From Gemmatimonadota bacterium (GTDB lineage Bacteria > Gemmatimonadota > Gemmatimonadetes > JACCXV01 > JAHWKZ01): 64,000 bases of DNA. Shown one piece after another: positions 39,498 to 50,228 of this stretch. The notes below the pieces were generated by a model. The model was not told the origin of the DNA. It saw nothing but the letters and a program-made list of their open reading frames with translations, and searched no databases. The first letter of the stretch is position 1, and the number at the start of each line of letters is the position of its first letter. The translations under genes and the position numbers were made by a program. The stretch covers positions 1,520-65,519 of the forward strand of contig DATBJO010000069.1 of the NCBI GenBank assembly GCA_036556305.1, given 5' to 3'.

Positions 39498-40820
39498 CTA
39501 GTCTCCGCTCATCGAAGCAAGGAATTCCGCGTTCGTATCCGTCCGTCGCATCTTGTCGAGGAGGAATTCCATCGCCTCTGCCGGATTCATGTCGCTGAGG
39601 AACTTTCGAAGCAGCCAGATCCGCTGGAGCTGATCCTCCGGGATCAGGAGCTCCTCGTGCCGCGTCCCGGAGCGGTTGATGTCGATCGCCGGGTAGATGC
39701 GCCGATCGGAGAGCGACCGATCGAGGACGAGCTCCATGTTGCCGGTCCCCTTGAACTCCTCGAAGATGACCTCGTCCATCCGGCTGCCGGTGTCGATCAG
39801 GGCGGTGGCGACGATCGTCAGCGAGCCCCCCTCCTCGATGTTCCGCGCGGCGCCGAAGAAACGCTTCGGCTTGTGAAGGGCGTGTGCATCGACGCCGCCC
39901 GAGAGGATCTTCCCGGAGTGCGGCACGACGACGTTCTGGGCGCGCGCGAGGCGCGTGATCGAATCGAGGAGGATCACGACGTCGTGCTTGTGCTCGACCA
40001 GGCGCTTGGCCTTCTCGATGACCATGTCGGCGACCTGAACGTGCCGGTCGGCCGGCTCGTCGAACGTCGAGGCGATGACCTCGCCGTCGACGTTGCGCTC
40101 CATGTCGGTGACCTCCTCGGGGCGCTCGTCGATCAGGAGCACGATGAGCTTGATCTCCGGGTGATTCTCGGTGATCGAGTTCGCGATCTTCTGGAGCAGG
40201 ACGGTCTTTCCCGCTTTGGGCGGCGACACGATCAAGCCGCGCTGACCCTTTCCGACCGGCGCGAAGAGGTCCATGATCCGCATCGACATGTCGCCGTCCG
40301 AGCGCTCCAGCTGGATGCGCGCGTCGGGATACAGCGGACGGAGGTTGTCGAACAGGATCTTGAGCTTGGCCTTCTCGGGATCCTCGTAGTTGACCGCCTC
40401 GACCTTGAGCAGCGCGAGGTAGCGCTCGCCCTCCTTGGGCGGGCGCACCTGTCCCTGCACGGTGTCGCCCGTCCGCAGGTCGAAGCGCTTGATCTGGCTG
40501 GGGCTGACGTAGATGTCGTCGGGGCCGTACAGGTAGTTCCAGTCGGGACTCCGCAGGAAGCCGTATCCCTCGGGGAGGATCTCGAGGACTCCCTCGCCGC
40601 GCAGCACCGTCTCGTTGTCGAGCAGCTCCTGCTCGATCTTGAAGATCAGGTCCTGCTTGCGCATCCCGGCGGCGTTCTGGATCTCGAGCTGGTCGGCCAT
40701 CTCGTGAAGCTCGGGGATCGTCTTCGATTTGATCTCTGCGATGTCCAAGAAGGTCGCTCCTTCGGTGTTCTGCGCCGGCCGACGACGGCCGCGGTGGGGG
40801 CGGGATCGTGAACGGTTCAT
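39498..40820 (-). CDS. rho: Transcription termination factor Rho
   Basis: N-terminal domain, OB fold and RecA-like ATPase (Walker [13 protein letters not shown]). The start is taken at the internal Met (MNRSRS...). The upstream Arg-rich 40 codons may or may not be translated. Confidence 0.9.
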   Translation of the reverse strand: MNRSRSRPHRGRRRPAQNTEGATFLDIAEIKSKTIPELHEMADQLEIQNAAGMRKQDLIFKIEQELLDNETVLRGEGVLEILPEGYGFLRSPDWNYLYGPDDIYVSPSQIKRFDLRTGDTVQGQVRPPKEGERYLALLKVEAVNYEDPEKAKLKILFDNLRPLYPDARIQLERSDGDMSMRIMDLFAPVGKGQRGLIVSPPKAGKTVLLQKIANSITENHPEIKLIVLLIDERPEEVTDMERNVDGEVIASTFDEPADRHVQVADMVIEKAKRLVEHKHDVVILLDSITRLARAQNVVVPHSGKILSGGVDAHALHKPKRFFGAARNIEEGGSLTIVATALIDTGSRMDEVIFEEFKGTGNMELVLDRSLSDRRIYPAIDINRSGTRHEELLIPEDQLQRIWLLRKFLSDMNPAEAMEFLLDKMRRTDTNAEFLASMSGD

Positions 40821-40927
40821 GGGCGGGTCCCGGCGTGCACGGATTGGCTGAGACTCGGCGTCGACCCGGCGGGTCGAGGGTTCGGATCGCTGGATCGGGG
40901 GATACCGTGGAAATCGGGCGGAGATGA

Positions 40928-42367
40928 ATGTCGCCGGCATTCTACAACGCGTCCCCGGGGACTGTCAAGCTGGCAGCCGCCGGATACATTCTCGCGATGA
41001 ACGCGCGCACGCAGATCCGGTCCACCGAAGGACTCCTGGCGGTCGTTCGCGGCCTGCGCGAGGCGGGTCACGAGGCCTGGGCGGTGGGCGGCGCGGTGCG
41101 GGACCGGCTCCTGGGCGAGGCCCCGGGCGACTGGGACGTCGCCACCGACGCCCCGCCCGAACGCGTGATGACGCTCTTCCCGTCGACCCACCCGGTCGGG
41201 ATCGAGCACGGCACGGTCGGGGTGCGGGTCGCGGGCGAGAAGATCGAAGTCACGACCTTCCGAGCGGACGTCGCCACCGACGGCCGGCACGCGCGGGTCC
41301 GCTTCGGGGTCTCGCTCGAGGAGGACCTCGCCCGGCGGGACTATACGATCAACGCGCTGGCGTGGGACCCGCTCGCGGACGAGCTGCGCGATCCGCACGG
41401 CGGTCGCGTGGATCTGGAACGGGGAGTCCTGCGAGCGGTGGGCGATCCGGACCGGCGACTCCCCGAGGACTATCTCCGCGTCCTCCGCGCGTTCCGCTTC
41501 GCCTCACGCTTCGGGCTCGAGTACGATACCGGCACCTGGGCGGCGCTCCTCCGGCACGCGCCGGGCGTCTCGCTTCTTTCGGGCGAGCGCGTCCGCGACG
41601 AGCTCCTGAAGACGTTCGCGCAGGCGCGGCGGGCTTCACGCGCGCTCGCGGACTGGCAGGCGACCGGCGCGATGGCGCGGCTCCTGCCGGAGGTCGCCGT
41701 CTGCTTCGGCGTCGAGCAGAACCGCTTTCACTCCGACGACGTCGGTACGCATACGCTCATGGTCGTCGACCACGTCCATCCGCGGCGACCCTTCCTCAGG
41801 CTCGTCGCGCTCCTCCACGACGTCGGCAAGCCTCCGACCCGGGTCCGGCACGCCGAGACGGGCGACTGGACGTTTCCGCTCCACGACCGCGTCGGCGCCG
41901 AGCTCGCGCGCCAGGTTCTCGAACGGCTGCGGTTCTCACGGCGGGAGGTCGAGCGCGCGGTCCATCTCGTGCGCGTCCACATGGACCTGTTTCCGCCCGA
42001 GGCCTCGGACGCGGCCGTGCGGCGCTGGATCCGCCGCGTCGGCGAGGAGAACGTCTGGGATCTCTACCGCCTGCACCTCGCCGACTGGCGCGGCAACCGG
42101 AGCCGCGGGAACGAGCGACCCGTGATCGAGACGTTCCAGCGCGTGCGCTCGGTGCTCGCGGCCAGTCACGCGCTCGACGTGCGCGACCTCGCGATCGGCG
42201 GCGAGGACCTGATCGCTCTGGGGCTCACGCCGGGTCCGCTCTTCCGCGAGGTGCTCGCGGCGGCGCTCGAGCGAGTGGTCGAGAACCCGGCCATGAATAC
42301 GCGCGAAGCGCTGCTCGGGCTCGTTCGCGACGAGCTCCTGCCCGCGCGGACGGCAGGCCGGCGATGA
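40928..42367 (+). CDS. cca: CCA tRNA nucleotidyltransferase / poly(A) polymerase-family enzyme with HD domain
   Basis: Pol-beta-like head ([12 protein letters not shown]...DWDVAT), RDYTINAL, and the HD motif [10 protein letters not shown]. The start may be 40997 (MNART). Confidence 0.85.
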   Translation: MSPAFYNASPGTVKLAAAGYILAMNARTQIRSTEGLLAVVRGLREAGHEAWAVGGAVRDRLLGEAPGDWDVATDAPPERVMTLFPSTHPVGIEHGTVGVRVAGEKIEVTTFRADVATDGRHARVRFGVSLEEDLARRDYTINALAWDPLADELRDPHGGRVDLERGVLRAVGDPDRRLPEDYLRVLRAFRFASRFGLEYDTGTWAALLRHAPGVSLLSGERVRDELLKTFAQARRASRALADWQATGAMARLLPEVAVCFGVEQNRFHSDDVGTHTLMVVDHVHPRRPFLRLVALLHDVGKPPTRVRHAETGDWTFPLHDRVGAELARQVLERLRFSRREVERAVHLVRVHMDLFPPEASDAAVRRWIRRVGEENVWDLYRLHLADWRGNRSRGNERPVIETFQRVRSVLAASHALDVRDLAIGGEDLIALGLTPGPLFREVLAAALERVVENPAMNTREALLGLVRDELLPARTAGRR

Positions 42368-43002
42368 GCGCCCTGCCCCGCTCCTTTTACGATCGCGACA
42401 CGCTGGCGGTGGCGCGGGATCTCCTCGGCTGCCGACTGGTCCACGACACGCCGCGCGGCCGGGCGAGCGGACGGATCGTCGAGGTCGAGGCCTACCACGG
42501 TGAAGAGGATCCCGCGTGTCACGCCGCCGCGGGTCTGACGCACCGCACGGCACCGCTCTACGGCGGTCCGGGATTCGGCTACGTGTATCTGATCTACGGA
42601 ATGTATCATTGCTTCAACGTCGTCACGCGCGGAGAGGGCCATCCGTCGGCGGTGCTCGTTCGGGCGCTCGAGCCGATCGAAGGGCTGGACCTCATGCGCG
42701 AGCGGCGCGCGTCCCGCCGCGGCGGCGCGCGTCGGCTCCCCGACCGCGAGCTCGCCAGCGGACCCGGAAAGCTCTGCGACGCGCTCGGCATCGCGCTGGC
42801 TCACAACCGCGCCGATCTCGTCCGCTCCTCGCTCCGGGTCGAGCCCGGCGAGCCGGCCGAGGCCGTCGTCTGGACGCCGCGCGTCGGGCTCACGGTCGGC
42901 ACGGACCGCTTCTGGCGCTGTCTCGTGAAGGGGTCCCCGCACGTTTCGAAGTCGCACCTGAACGGCGTCCGCGCGGATCGCCCGCGGCCCGCAACCGTCT
43001 GA
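42364..43002 (+). CDS. mpg: DNA-3-methyladenine glycosylase (AAG/Mpg family)
   Basis: ATGA overlap with cca. The motifs GRIVEVEAYHG and GPGFGYVYLIYGMYHCFNVV are AAG signatures. Confidence 0.85.
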   Translation: MSALPRSFYDRDTLAVARDLLGCRLVHDTPRGRASGRIVEVEAYHGEEDPACHAAAGLTHRTAPLYGGPGFGYVYLIYGMYHCFNVVTRGEGHPSAVLVRALEPIEGLDLMRERRASRRGGARRLPDRELASGPGKLCDALGIALAHNRADLVRSSLRVEPGEPAEAVVWTPRVGLTVGTDRFWRCLVKGSPHVSKSHLNGVRADRPRPATV

Positions 43003-43015
43003 AACGGAGGAACGC

Positions 43016-43891
43016 ATGGGCGGGTTCGTCGACCACCTCCAGATCCTTCCGATGCCGTTCAGGGGCGGCGCGCGGCAGCCGGACGGAAACCACCGCCCCG
43101 GGGGGCTGGGCATGGCCACGCTCTCGGATCTCCTCAATCGGCGCGGCTGGACCGCGCGCGTCGAGGATCTCGGGTTCGACAAGCCGATGCCCGAGTCCCG
43201 TCTGGCCGAGGCGTTCGCGCGCGCGATCGGCGACGGCGTGGAGTCGGCGTGGGAGCGGAACCGCTTTCCCATCGTCCTGAGCCGGGCGGGCTACGTGGCG
43301 CTCGGCGTGGTGGATGCGCTGGGCGGTCGGGCGGGCGTCGTCTGGGCGAACGGTCGAGGGGACTACAAGGGCGGGGGGTGGCTCCGTCGTCCCCGGCTCG
43401 AGGAATCTTCGCTCGCGCTCCTGACCGGGCGCGCGAAGCGCGACAAGCTCGCCGTGCGGCCCGAGCGGGTGGACGGAGAGCGCGTGATCGCGCTCGGCGC
43501 CGACCGCGGCTCGGACCGTGAGCACCGCGCGATGGTCGAGGATCGCATTCGGATCGTCCCGGCGCGGGAGGTGGACCGTCTGGCCTCCGAGGTCGCGAGC
43601 ACCGAGGCCGACGGCTGGTACCTTCACGTCGACTGCTCGCTCCTCGCGCGCGCGTCGGTGCCGGGGGCCGACGACGCCGTCGACCGGGGACTCGATCCCG
43701 GGCGCCTGATCGAGGCCCTCGGGGAAGCCTTCGCGGGGCGGCCCCTCAAGACCGTGGCGGTCGTGGGGTACGACCTCAACGCCGACTCGTCCGGACTCAC
43801 GACCGGAGCCGTTCTGACCCTCGTCGAAGCCGCGGCCCGTGTCGCCGGCGGGGTCCCGCGCCCCGAAACCGTGAGCGAAGCCGGAGGGTAG
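43016..43891 (+). CDS. Hypothetical protein with weak arginase/ureohydrolase-like features
   Basis: 291 aa. No recognisable canonical metal-binding motifs. Confidence 0.45.
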   Translation: MGGFVDHLQILPMPFRGGARQPDGNHRPGGLGMATLSDLLNRRGWTARVEDLGFDKPMPESRLAEAFARAIGDGVESAWERNRFPIVLSRAGYVALGVVDALGGRAGVVWANGRGDYKGGGWLRRPRLEESSLALLTGRAKRDKLAVRPERVDGERVIALGADRGSDREHRAMVEDRIRIVPAREVDRLASEVASTEADGWYLHVDCSLLARASVPGADDAVDRGLDPGRLIEALGEAFAGRPLKTVAVVGYDLNADSSGLTTGAVLTLVEAAARVAGGVPRPETVSEAGG

Positions 43892-43898
43892 AAGCGGT

Positions 43899-45236
43899 AT
43901 GGACCTCTTCGAGCAGCAGGCCCGTGAACGCCTCGCCAGGGCGGCGCCGCTCGCCGATCGGATGCGGCCGCACGCGCTGGACGAGTTCGTCGGTCAGGAG
44001 CACCTGGTCGGACCGGACGGCGTCCTCCGACGGATGATCGAAGCCGACGAGCTCCACTCCGTGATCCTGTGGGGGCCGCCGGGCACCGGCAAGACGACGC
44101 TCGCCCGCGTCGTCGCCGAATCGACGGGCGCGCGCTTCGTCTGGTTCAGCGCGGTCACGATGGGGGTCAAGGACGTGAAGCAGGTGGTGAGCGAGGCACG
44201 CGAGGAGCTCGGCCTCCGCGGCCGGCGCACGATCCTGTTCTGCGACGAGATCCACCGCTTCAACAAGTCGCAGCAGGACGCCTTCCTGCCGCACGTGGAG
44301 CAGGGCGTGGTCACGCTGATCGGCGCGACGACCGAGAACCCTTCGTTCGAGGTCAACGCCGCGCTCCTCTCGCGGATGCGGGTCTACACTCTCGACCCGC
44401 TGACTCCCGGACAGATCGCTATTCTCGTCGATCGCGCTCTGACGGACGCCGAACGGGGTCTCGGCGCGCGCGGAATCGAGCTCGAGCCGGATGCTCGCGC
44501 CTTCCTCTGCGAAGCGGCGCAGGGCGACGCGCGCACGGCTCTCTCCACTCTCGAGCTCGCCGCGGCTCTGGCCGGCGACGGCGAACGGCTCTCGCGCGAG
44601 CGGATCGAAGCCGCCCTCCAGAGGAAGGCGATGCGCTATGACAAGGCGGGCGAGGAGCACTACAACGTCATTTCCGCACTTCACAAATCTTTGCGTGACT
44701 CGGACGTCCAGGCCGGGCTGTACTGGCTGGCGCGGATGCTGGAGGCGGGCGAGGACCCGCTCTACGTCGCGCGCCGGCTCGTCCGCTTCGCCTCCGAGGA
44801 CGTGGGGCTCGCGGACCCCCGCGCGCTCCCTCAGGCGATCGCCGCTCAGCAGGCCGTGCACTTCATCGGGATGCCCGAAGGCGTGCTCGCGCTCGCCCAG
44901 GCCGTCGTGTATCTGGCCGCCGCGCCCAAGTCGAACGCGCTCTACCGCGCGTACGGGCTGGCGGCCGAGGACGCGCGGCGGACCGACGGCGAGCCCGTCC
45001 CGCTCCACATCCGGAACGCGCCGACGCGGCTCATGAAGGAGCTCGGCTACGGCCGCGGCTACGAGTACGCCCATGATCGCGACGACGCGATCGTCGCCCA
45101 GACCCACCTCCCGGAAGTGCTGGAGGGCCGGATCTACTACGAGCCCAGCGATCGCGGCTTCGAGGAGCGCCTGTCGTCGCGGATGGCGGAGCTCGAAGCG
45201 CGCTGGCGCGAGGCGCGAGCGCGCGCCGACGCGTGA
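43899..45236 (+). CDS. rarA: Replication-associated recombination protein A (RarA/MgsA AAA+ ATPase)
   Basis: Walker A GPPGTGKTT. Motifs ILFCDEIHRFNK and GATTENP. Confidence 0.9.
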   Translation: MDLFEQQARERLARAAPLADRMRPHALDEFVGQEHLVGPDGVLRRMIEADELHSVILWGPPGTGKTTLARVVAESTGARFVWFSAVTMGVKDVKQVVSEAREELGLRGRRTILFCDEIHRFNKSQQDAFLPHVEQGVVTLIGATTENPSFEVNAALLSRMRVYTLDPLTPGQIAILVDRALTDAERGLGARGIELEPDARAFLCEAAQGDARTALSTLELAAALAGDGERLSRERIEAALQRKAMRYDKAGEEHYNVISALHKSLRDSDVQAGLYWLARMLEAGEDPLYVARRLVRFASEDVGLADPRALPQAIAAQQAVHFIGMPEGVLALAQAVVYLAAAPKSNALYRAYGLAAEDARRTDGEPVPLHIRNAPTRLMKELGYGRGYEYAHDRDDAIVAQTHLPEVLEGRIYYEPSDRGFEERLSSRMAELEARWREARARADA

Positions 45237-46540
45237 CGGTCAGGGTCCAGCAGCCCAACGAGCCCGAGCGGGTCGTGCTGGCGGCGGTCGGTGGCCCCGC
45301 CGCCCTGGGCGAGGACGGGATCGGGTGGTCGGACGAGAGCCTGCTCGAGGAGATCCGCGCGCTGGCGATCTCGGCTGGCGCCGAGATCGTGGGCGAGGTT
45401 GTCCAGCGCCGCAACGCCGCCGACAAGACCTATTTCATCGGGAAGGGGAAGGCCCATGAGCTCCGCGACGAGGTGCGGATGTCGGGCGCCGATCTCGTGG
45501 TGTTCGACAACGACCTCTCTCCCGCGCAGGGAAAGAACCTCGAAGACCTGATCGGAAAGCGGGTCCTCGACCGTTCCGAGCTCATCCTCGACATCTTCGC
45601 CGAGCGGGCCCGGACGCGCGAGGCCAAGCTCCAGGTCGAGCTGGCCCAGCTCCAGTACCTCCTGCCGCGGCTCAAGCGAATGTGGACGCACCTCTCGCGG
45701 ATCCGCGGCGGCATCGGCCTGCGCGGACCCGGGGAGACGCAGCTCGAGGTCGACCGGCGCGTCATCCGCGACCGGATCTCCACGCTCAAGGAGAAGCTCG
45801 GTCACATCGAGGAGCGACGCCGGCTCCAGCGGAAGGGCCGCATCGACGCCTGGAACGTGGCGCTCGTCGGCTACACCAACGTCGGAAAGTCGACGATCAT
45901 GAACCGCCTGTCGGGCGAGAGGCTCAGCGCCGAGGACCGGCTCTTCGCGACCCTCGACGCGACCACGCGCAGGATCCGCTTGCCCGACGGGGAGGAGATC
46001 CTGCTGACCGACACCGTGGGGTTCATCCGCAACCTGCCGCATCACCTCGTCGCGTCGTTCCGGGCCACACTGGAGGAGGTCGTCCACGCCGATCTGCTGC
46101 TCCACGTGATCGACGTCTCCGAACCCGATCACGAGGCGCAGACGCGGGTCGTCCGCGACGTCCTGGCGGGGCTCGGCCTCGTCGACACTCCGACGCTCCT
46201 CGTCTTCAACAAGTTCGACCGGATTCCCGCGACCGAGCGCGCCGGGCTCCGTGCGCGGATTCTGGCCGACCACCCCGGGGCGGTGATGGCGTCGGCCCTC
46301 GACCCGCGCGGCCTGGTCGCGCTCGAGGACGCGCTGGCCGGTATCCTGCGCGCCGAGGAGGTGCGGGTCAGGGTGGCGCTCCCGCTCTCGGCCAGCCGCT
46401 CGCTGGCCCGGCTCTACGAGATGACGGAGGTGCTGGGTCGCGAATACACCGATGACGAGGTGCTCGTCGACCTGCGTGCGCGGCCGGACGTGATCGAGAG
46501 ACTGCGACTCGAGGGGATGATCGTGCGGGTCGCATCGTGA
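45233..46540 (+). CDS. hflX: GTPase HflX
   Basis: HflX N-domain plus G domain (GYTNVGKST, DTVGF, NKFD). ATGA overlap with rarA. Confidence 0.9.
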   Translation: MTVRVQQPNEPERVVLAAVGGPAALGEDGIGWSDESLLEEIRALAISAGAEIVGEVVQRRNAADKTYFIGKGKAHELRDEVRMSGADLVVFDNDLSPAQGKNLEDLIGKRVLDRSELILDIFAERARTREAKLQVELAQLQYLLPRLKRMWTHLSRIRGGIGLRGPGETQLEVDRRVIRDRISTLKEKLGHIEERRRLQRKGRIDAWNVALVGYTNVGKSTIMNRLSGERLSAEDRLFATLDATTRRIRLPDGEEILLTDTVGFIRNLPHHLVASFRATLEEVVHADLLLHVIDVSEPDHEAQTRVVRDVLAGLGLVDTPTLLVFNKFDRIPATERAGLRARILADHPGAVMASALDPRGLVALEDALAGILRAEEVRVRVALPLSASRSLARLYEMTEVLGREYTDDEVLVDLRARPDVIERLRLEGMIVRVAS

Positions 46541-47433
46541 CCGAGGGGGTCCCGTCGCTTCACGTCTACGGCGCGGGCCGCGTCGGTCTCGCGATCCTCA
46601 GGCTCGCCTACGACCGCGGGGTGACGCTCACCGGCGCCTGGAACCCGCGAGACCTCCGTGCGGAGCGTCGCGGCCTCGTGCCCGGGATCCCGATCGAGAT
46701 CTCACCCGAGCCCCCCGCGATCGCCGCGGATCTCTGGCTCATCGCCGTGCCCGACGACGCGATCGCCTCCGTCGCCGAGCGCTTGGCGCGCGCTCCGGGG
46801 CCGCGACCCACGGCGGTGGCGCACTGCGCGGGAGCGCTCCCCGCCGCGCTCCTCGAGCCGCTCGCGGCGCAGGGCGCGGCGTGCGGGTCGTTCCACCCCG
46901 CGATGACGTTCCGGGGCGCCGAAGGGGACGCCGAGGCGCTCGCCGGAGCCGTGGTCGCGATCGAAGGGGAGCCGCGCGCGGTCGAGATCCTCGAGCGGCT
47001 CGCCGATCGTCTCGGAGTCGGACGCGTCGCCGTGGCGGCGGAAAGCAAGGCCCGCTACCATACCGCGCTGGTTCTGGCGTCCAACGGGCGCATGGCGCTG
47101 GACGCCGCCGCCGTGCGGCTCCTCGGCGAAGCCGGACTGGACGAGCACGATGCCCTGGGCCTCCTGCGCCCGCTGATCGCCCGCACCGAGGTGAACCTGC
47201 GCGCCGCCACGCCCGCCCATGCGCTCACCGGACCCGTGGCGCGCGGCGACGCGCGCACAGTTCGCTCCCAGCTCGACGCGCTCGCGGAGAATCCCCGGCT
47301 GCTCGCCCTGTACCGCGCGCTGGGAACGTTCCTGCTCGACCTTGTCCCGCCGGACGTGCGCGCCAGGGGCCATCGCGAGGTGGCGCGACTCCTGGCCGAC
47401 GAACATCCCACCGCGAGGAAGGAATCGCCGTGA
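46537..47433 (+). CDS. Rossmann-fold NAD(P)-binding protein with DUF2520-like C-terminus
   Basis: GTGA overlap with hflX. The N-terminus VYGAGRVG is a dinucleotide-binding motif. Confidence 0.65.
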   Translation: MTEGVPSLHVYGAGRVGLAILRLAYDRGVTLTGAWNPRDLRAERRGLVPGIPIEISPEPPAIAADLWLIAVPDDAIASVAERLARAPGPRPTAVAHCAGALPAALLEPLAAQGAACGSFHPAMTFRGAEGDAEALAGAVVAIEGEPRAVEILERLADRLGVGRVAVAAESKARYHTALVLASNGRMALDAAAVRLLGEAGLDEHDALGLLRPLIARTEVNLRAATPAHALTGPVARGDARTVRSQLDALAENPRLLALYRALGTFLLDLVPPDVRARGHREVARLLADEHPTARKESP

Positions 47434-48230
47434 TCTCGATTTCGGACCTTCAGAACGATCCCGAAACCCGCAAGTACCTGGACCGCGCGGACGAGGTGAT
47501 GGCCGCCATGGGCTACACGGAACACGGGCGGCGTCACGCGAACGTGACCTCGAAACGCGCGCGTACGCTGCTCGAAGCGCTGGATCGGCCCGCCCGCCAG
47601 TGCGAGCTGGCCGGGATCGCCGCCTATCTACACGACATCGGCAACGTCGTGAACCGCGACCATCACGCCCAGAGCGGCGCAGGCCTTGCGCACGAGATCC
47701 TCCGGAACATGCAGATGCCGATCGAGGAGGTGATCGAGGTCGTCACCGCGATCGGCCATCATCACGAGACCGACGGGGCGCCGGTCAGCGACATCTCTGC
47801 GGCCTTGATCCTGGCCGACAAATCGGATGTGCATCGGTCGCGTGTCCGCGACAAGCAGATGATCCAGCTCGACATCCACGATCGGGTGAACTATGCGGTC
47901 ACGCGTTCCTCGCTGGGCGTCGTCGGTCCTCACGCGGCCGAGAAGATGGAGGGCGAACGGGAGAGCGGAGACGGCGGGGCCGCCTCGGTCCCCAGCGTGA
48001 ACGCCCGCGGCGGAACCGAGGCGGCCGCCGTCACGGTGGTGGACGCGCCCAAGAGTCAGGACGCGAAGGCCATGCCCGTCATCACGCTCGCGCTTCGCAT
48101 CGACACGTCGATCGCCCCCGTGATGGATTACTTCGAGATCTTCCTGCCGCGAATGATCCTCTCCAATCGCGCGGCGGAGCAGCTGGGCGCGGTCTACAAG
48201 CTCGTCATCAACGAAACCCACCTCTTGTAA
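47430..48230 (+). CDS. HD-domain phosphohydrolase
   Basis: GTGA overlap. HD motifs AAYLHDIG and GHHHETDG. Confidence 0.7.
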   Translation: MISISDLQNDPETRKYLDRADEVMAAMGYTEHGRRHANVTSKRARTLLEALDRPARQCELAGIAAYLHDIGNVVNRDHHAQSGAGLAHEILRNMQMPIEEVIEVVTAIGHHHETDGAPVSDISAALILADKSDVHRSRVRDKQMIQLDIHDRVNYAVTRSSLGVVGPHAAEKMEGERESGDGGAASVPSVNARGGTEAAAVTVVDAPKSQDAKAMPVITLALRIDTSIAPVMDYFEIFLPRMILSNRAAEQLGAVYKLVINETHLL

Positions 48231-48256
48231 GTGGACGGCTCATAGATGCAGCCCCG

Positions 48257-49315
48257 GTGAGTCGCTGGAAGACATGGGTCGGCATCGCGATCTCGGCCGC
48301 GGCCATCGGGTGGGCCGTGCGCGGAGTCGAATGGGGCCTGGTGTGGCCCGCTCTGGCCGGAGCGGACTGGGGGATCCTCGCCGTCGTGTTCGCGCTCGCG
48401 CCCATCGTCAACGTCGGCGTCCGCGCGCTGCGTTGGCGGGTCCTCCTGAGTCCCGTGGCGCGGATTCCGGTCTCGAGCTGCGCCAGCGCCACCGCTGTGG
48501 GACTGATGGCCAACAACGTGCTGCCGGCGCGGATCGGCGAGTTCGTGCGCGCGTACGCGCTCTCGAAGCGCGAGTCGATTCCCACGGGCACCGCCTTCGG
48601 GTGCCTGTTCGTCGAGCGCATGTTCGACGGCTTCGCACTCGTGGGGATCCTCTACGCGCTCACCTGGTCCGTGGATCTGCCCGCGTGGGCCGACACGACC
48701 GCCAGGGTGGCCTTCTGGATCTTCGCCGGGTTCCTCGCCTTCCAGGTGCTGCTCGTGGCCCGGCCGCGGAGGGTCATCGGCGCGGCGCAGTGGATCCGCC
48801 GGCGGATCTTCGGAGGGCGGTTCGAGGAGGCGATCGAGGGGGCGCTGGCAACCTTCGTCGAAGGCTTCCACCTGCTCAAGCGACCGGGCCTCGTGGCGCT
48901 CAGCCTGGCGCTGGGCGTCGCGCAGTGGGTTCTGGTCGCGCTCCTGTTCCTTCTCGGCATGGCCGCGTTCGGCCTGGCGCGCGACGCCGGCGTGGAGGGG
49001 GCCCTGTTCACGAACTCGATCACGGCGCTCGGCGTCGCGGCCCCTTCCTCGCCCGGATTCGTGGGGACGTTCCAGGCGCTCGTGGTCAAGAGCCTGGAGG
49101 CGTTCGACGTCGATCGGACGGTCGCGTTCAGCTATTCGCTCGGCTTCCACGCGGTCAACTACCTGTCGGTCACGGTGGTGGGTCTCGTCTGCTTCTTTCG
49201 GGAAGGCCTCTCCTGGAAGGAGCTCGAGCGATCGGAGGAGAAGCTGGAACGCGAGATGGCCGAGGAGTTCGAGACCGAGATCGAACCCCTGCTGGGATCC
49301 GACGACCGTGACTGA
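48257..49315 (+). CDS. UPF0104/flippase-like (lysylphosphatidylglycerol-synthase TM-region family) membrane protein
   Basis: GTG start. Roughly eight TM helices. NNVLPARIGEFVRAY motif. Confidence 0.65.
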   Translation: MSRWKTWVGIAISAAAIGWAVRGVEWGLVWPALAGADWGILAVVFALAPIVNVGVRALRWRVLLSPVARIPVSSCASATAVGLMANNVLPARIGEFVRAYALSKRESIPTGTAFGCLFVERMFDGFALVGILYALTWSVDLPAWADTTARVAFWIFAGFLAFQVLLVARPRRVIGAAQWIRRRIFGGRFEEAIEGALATFVEGFHLLKRPGLVALSLALGVAQWVLVALLFLLGMAAFGLARDAGVEGALFTNSITALGVAAPSSPGFVGTFQALVVKSLEAFDVDRTVAFSYSLGFHAVNYLSVTVVGLVCFFREGLSWKELERSEEKLEREMAEEFETEIEPLLGSDDRD

Positions 49316-50228
49316 GGGCTTCCGTCGAGGCCCGGCGCGCGAGGTCTGGATCGCCCCGGCGAAGATCAATCTCTGGCTCGCGGTCGGGTCGCGCCGCGCG
49401 GACGGGATGCACCCCGTCGACACCGGCTATCAGGCCATCGACCTCGCGGATCGGATCGAGATCGCCCGCGCCCCGGAGGGCGTGGAGCTGAGCTGCGCCG
49501 TGCGGGGCGATCTCGCCGCCGGGGTGCCCGAAGGCGAAGCGAACCTGGCGGGGCGGGCGGCCCGACTCCTCGCCGCCCGGACGGGCCACGATCTCAGGGT
49601 CTCGATCGCGATCGAGAAGCGAATCCCCGCCGGGGCCGGCCTGGGAGGCGCGTCGTCCGACGCCGCCGCGGTCCTCCTGGCCCTCGGACGCCGCTTCGCC
49701 GTGCCGGATCCCGAGCACACGCTGACCGACCTCGCGGCCGAGCTCGGAGCCGACGTTCCGTTCTTCCTGACGGGCGGCACGCGCCGCGCGCGCGGGATCG
49801 GTGACGAGCTCGTGCGGACCGCGCCGCCGGCGGAGCGCTGGGGCATCGTCGCCTGGCCAGGCGTCCGCGTGGCGACCGCCGACGCCTACGCCTGGCTCGA
49901 CGAGGCCCGGGGTCCGGGCGATCATTTGCTCCCGCCCTCCAGCGGCGGCGGTCGCGGGAACGACTTCGAGCCGGTGGTCGCCGTCCGCTGCCCGCCGGCC
50001 GGCCGCGCGCTCGAGATCCTCGCCGAGGGACCGGGCCGCGTCGTGCGCCTGAGCGGGAGCGGCAGCTCGTCGTTCGCGCTCTATGCCACGGAGTCCGACC
50101 GGGACGAGGATCTCGCCCGCGTGCGAGCGGGACTGGACGAGGTTCCCGGCTCCCGTGTGTGGGCGTTCGTCTGCGTGGGCCACGGCGTCCGGGCCGAGTG
50201 GTCGAGGCGTCCCGCGGGTGCCCTCTGA
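49308..50228 (+). CDS. ispE: 4-diphosphocytidyl-2-C-methyl-D-erythritol kinase
   Basis: GHMP kinase motifs (PAKINLWL, IPAGAGLGGASSDAAA). Confidence 0.9.
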   Translation: MTEGFRRGPAREVWIAPAKINLWLAVGSRRADGMHPVDTGYQAIDLADRIEIARAPEGVELSCAVRGDLAAGVPEGEANLAGRAARLLAARTGHDLRVSIAIEKRIPAGAGLGGASSDAAAVLLALGRRFAVPDPEHTLTDLAAELGADVPFFLTGGTRRARGIGDELVRTAPPAERWGIVAWPGVRVATADAYAWLDEARGPGDHLLPPSSGGGRGNDFEPVVAVRCPPAGRALEILAEGPGRVVRLSGSGSSSFALYATESDRDEDLARVRAGLDEVPGSRVWAFVCVGHGVRAEWSRRPAGAL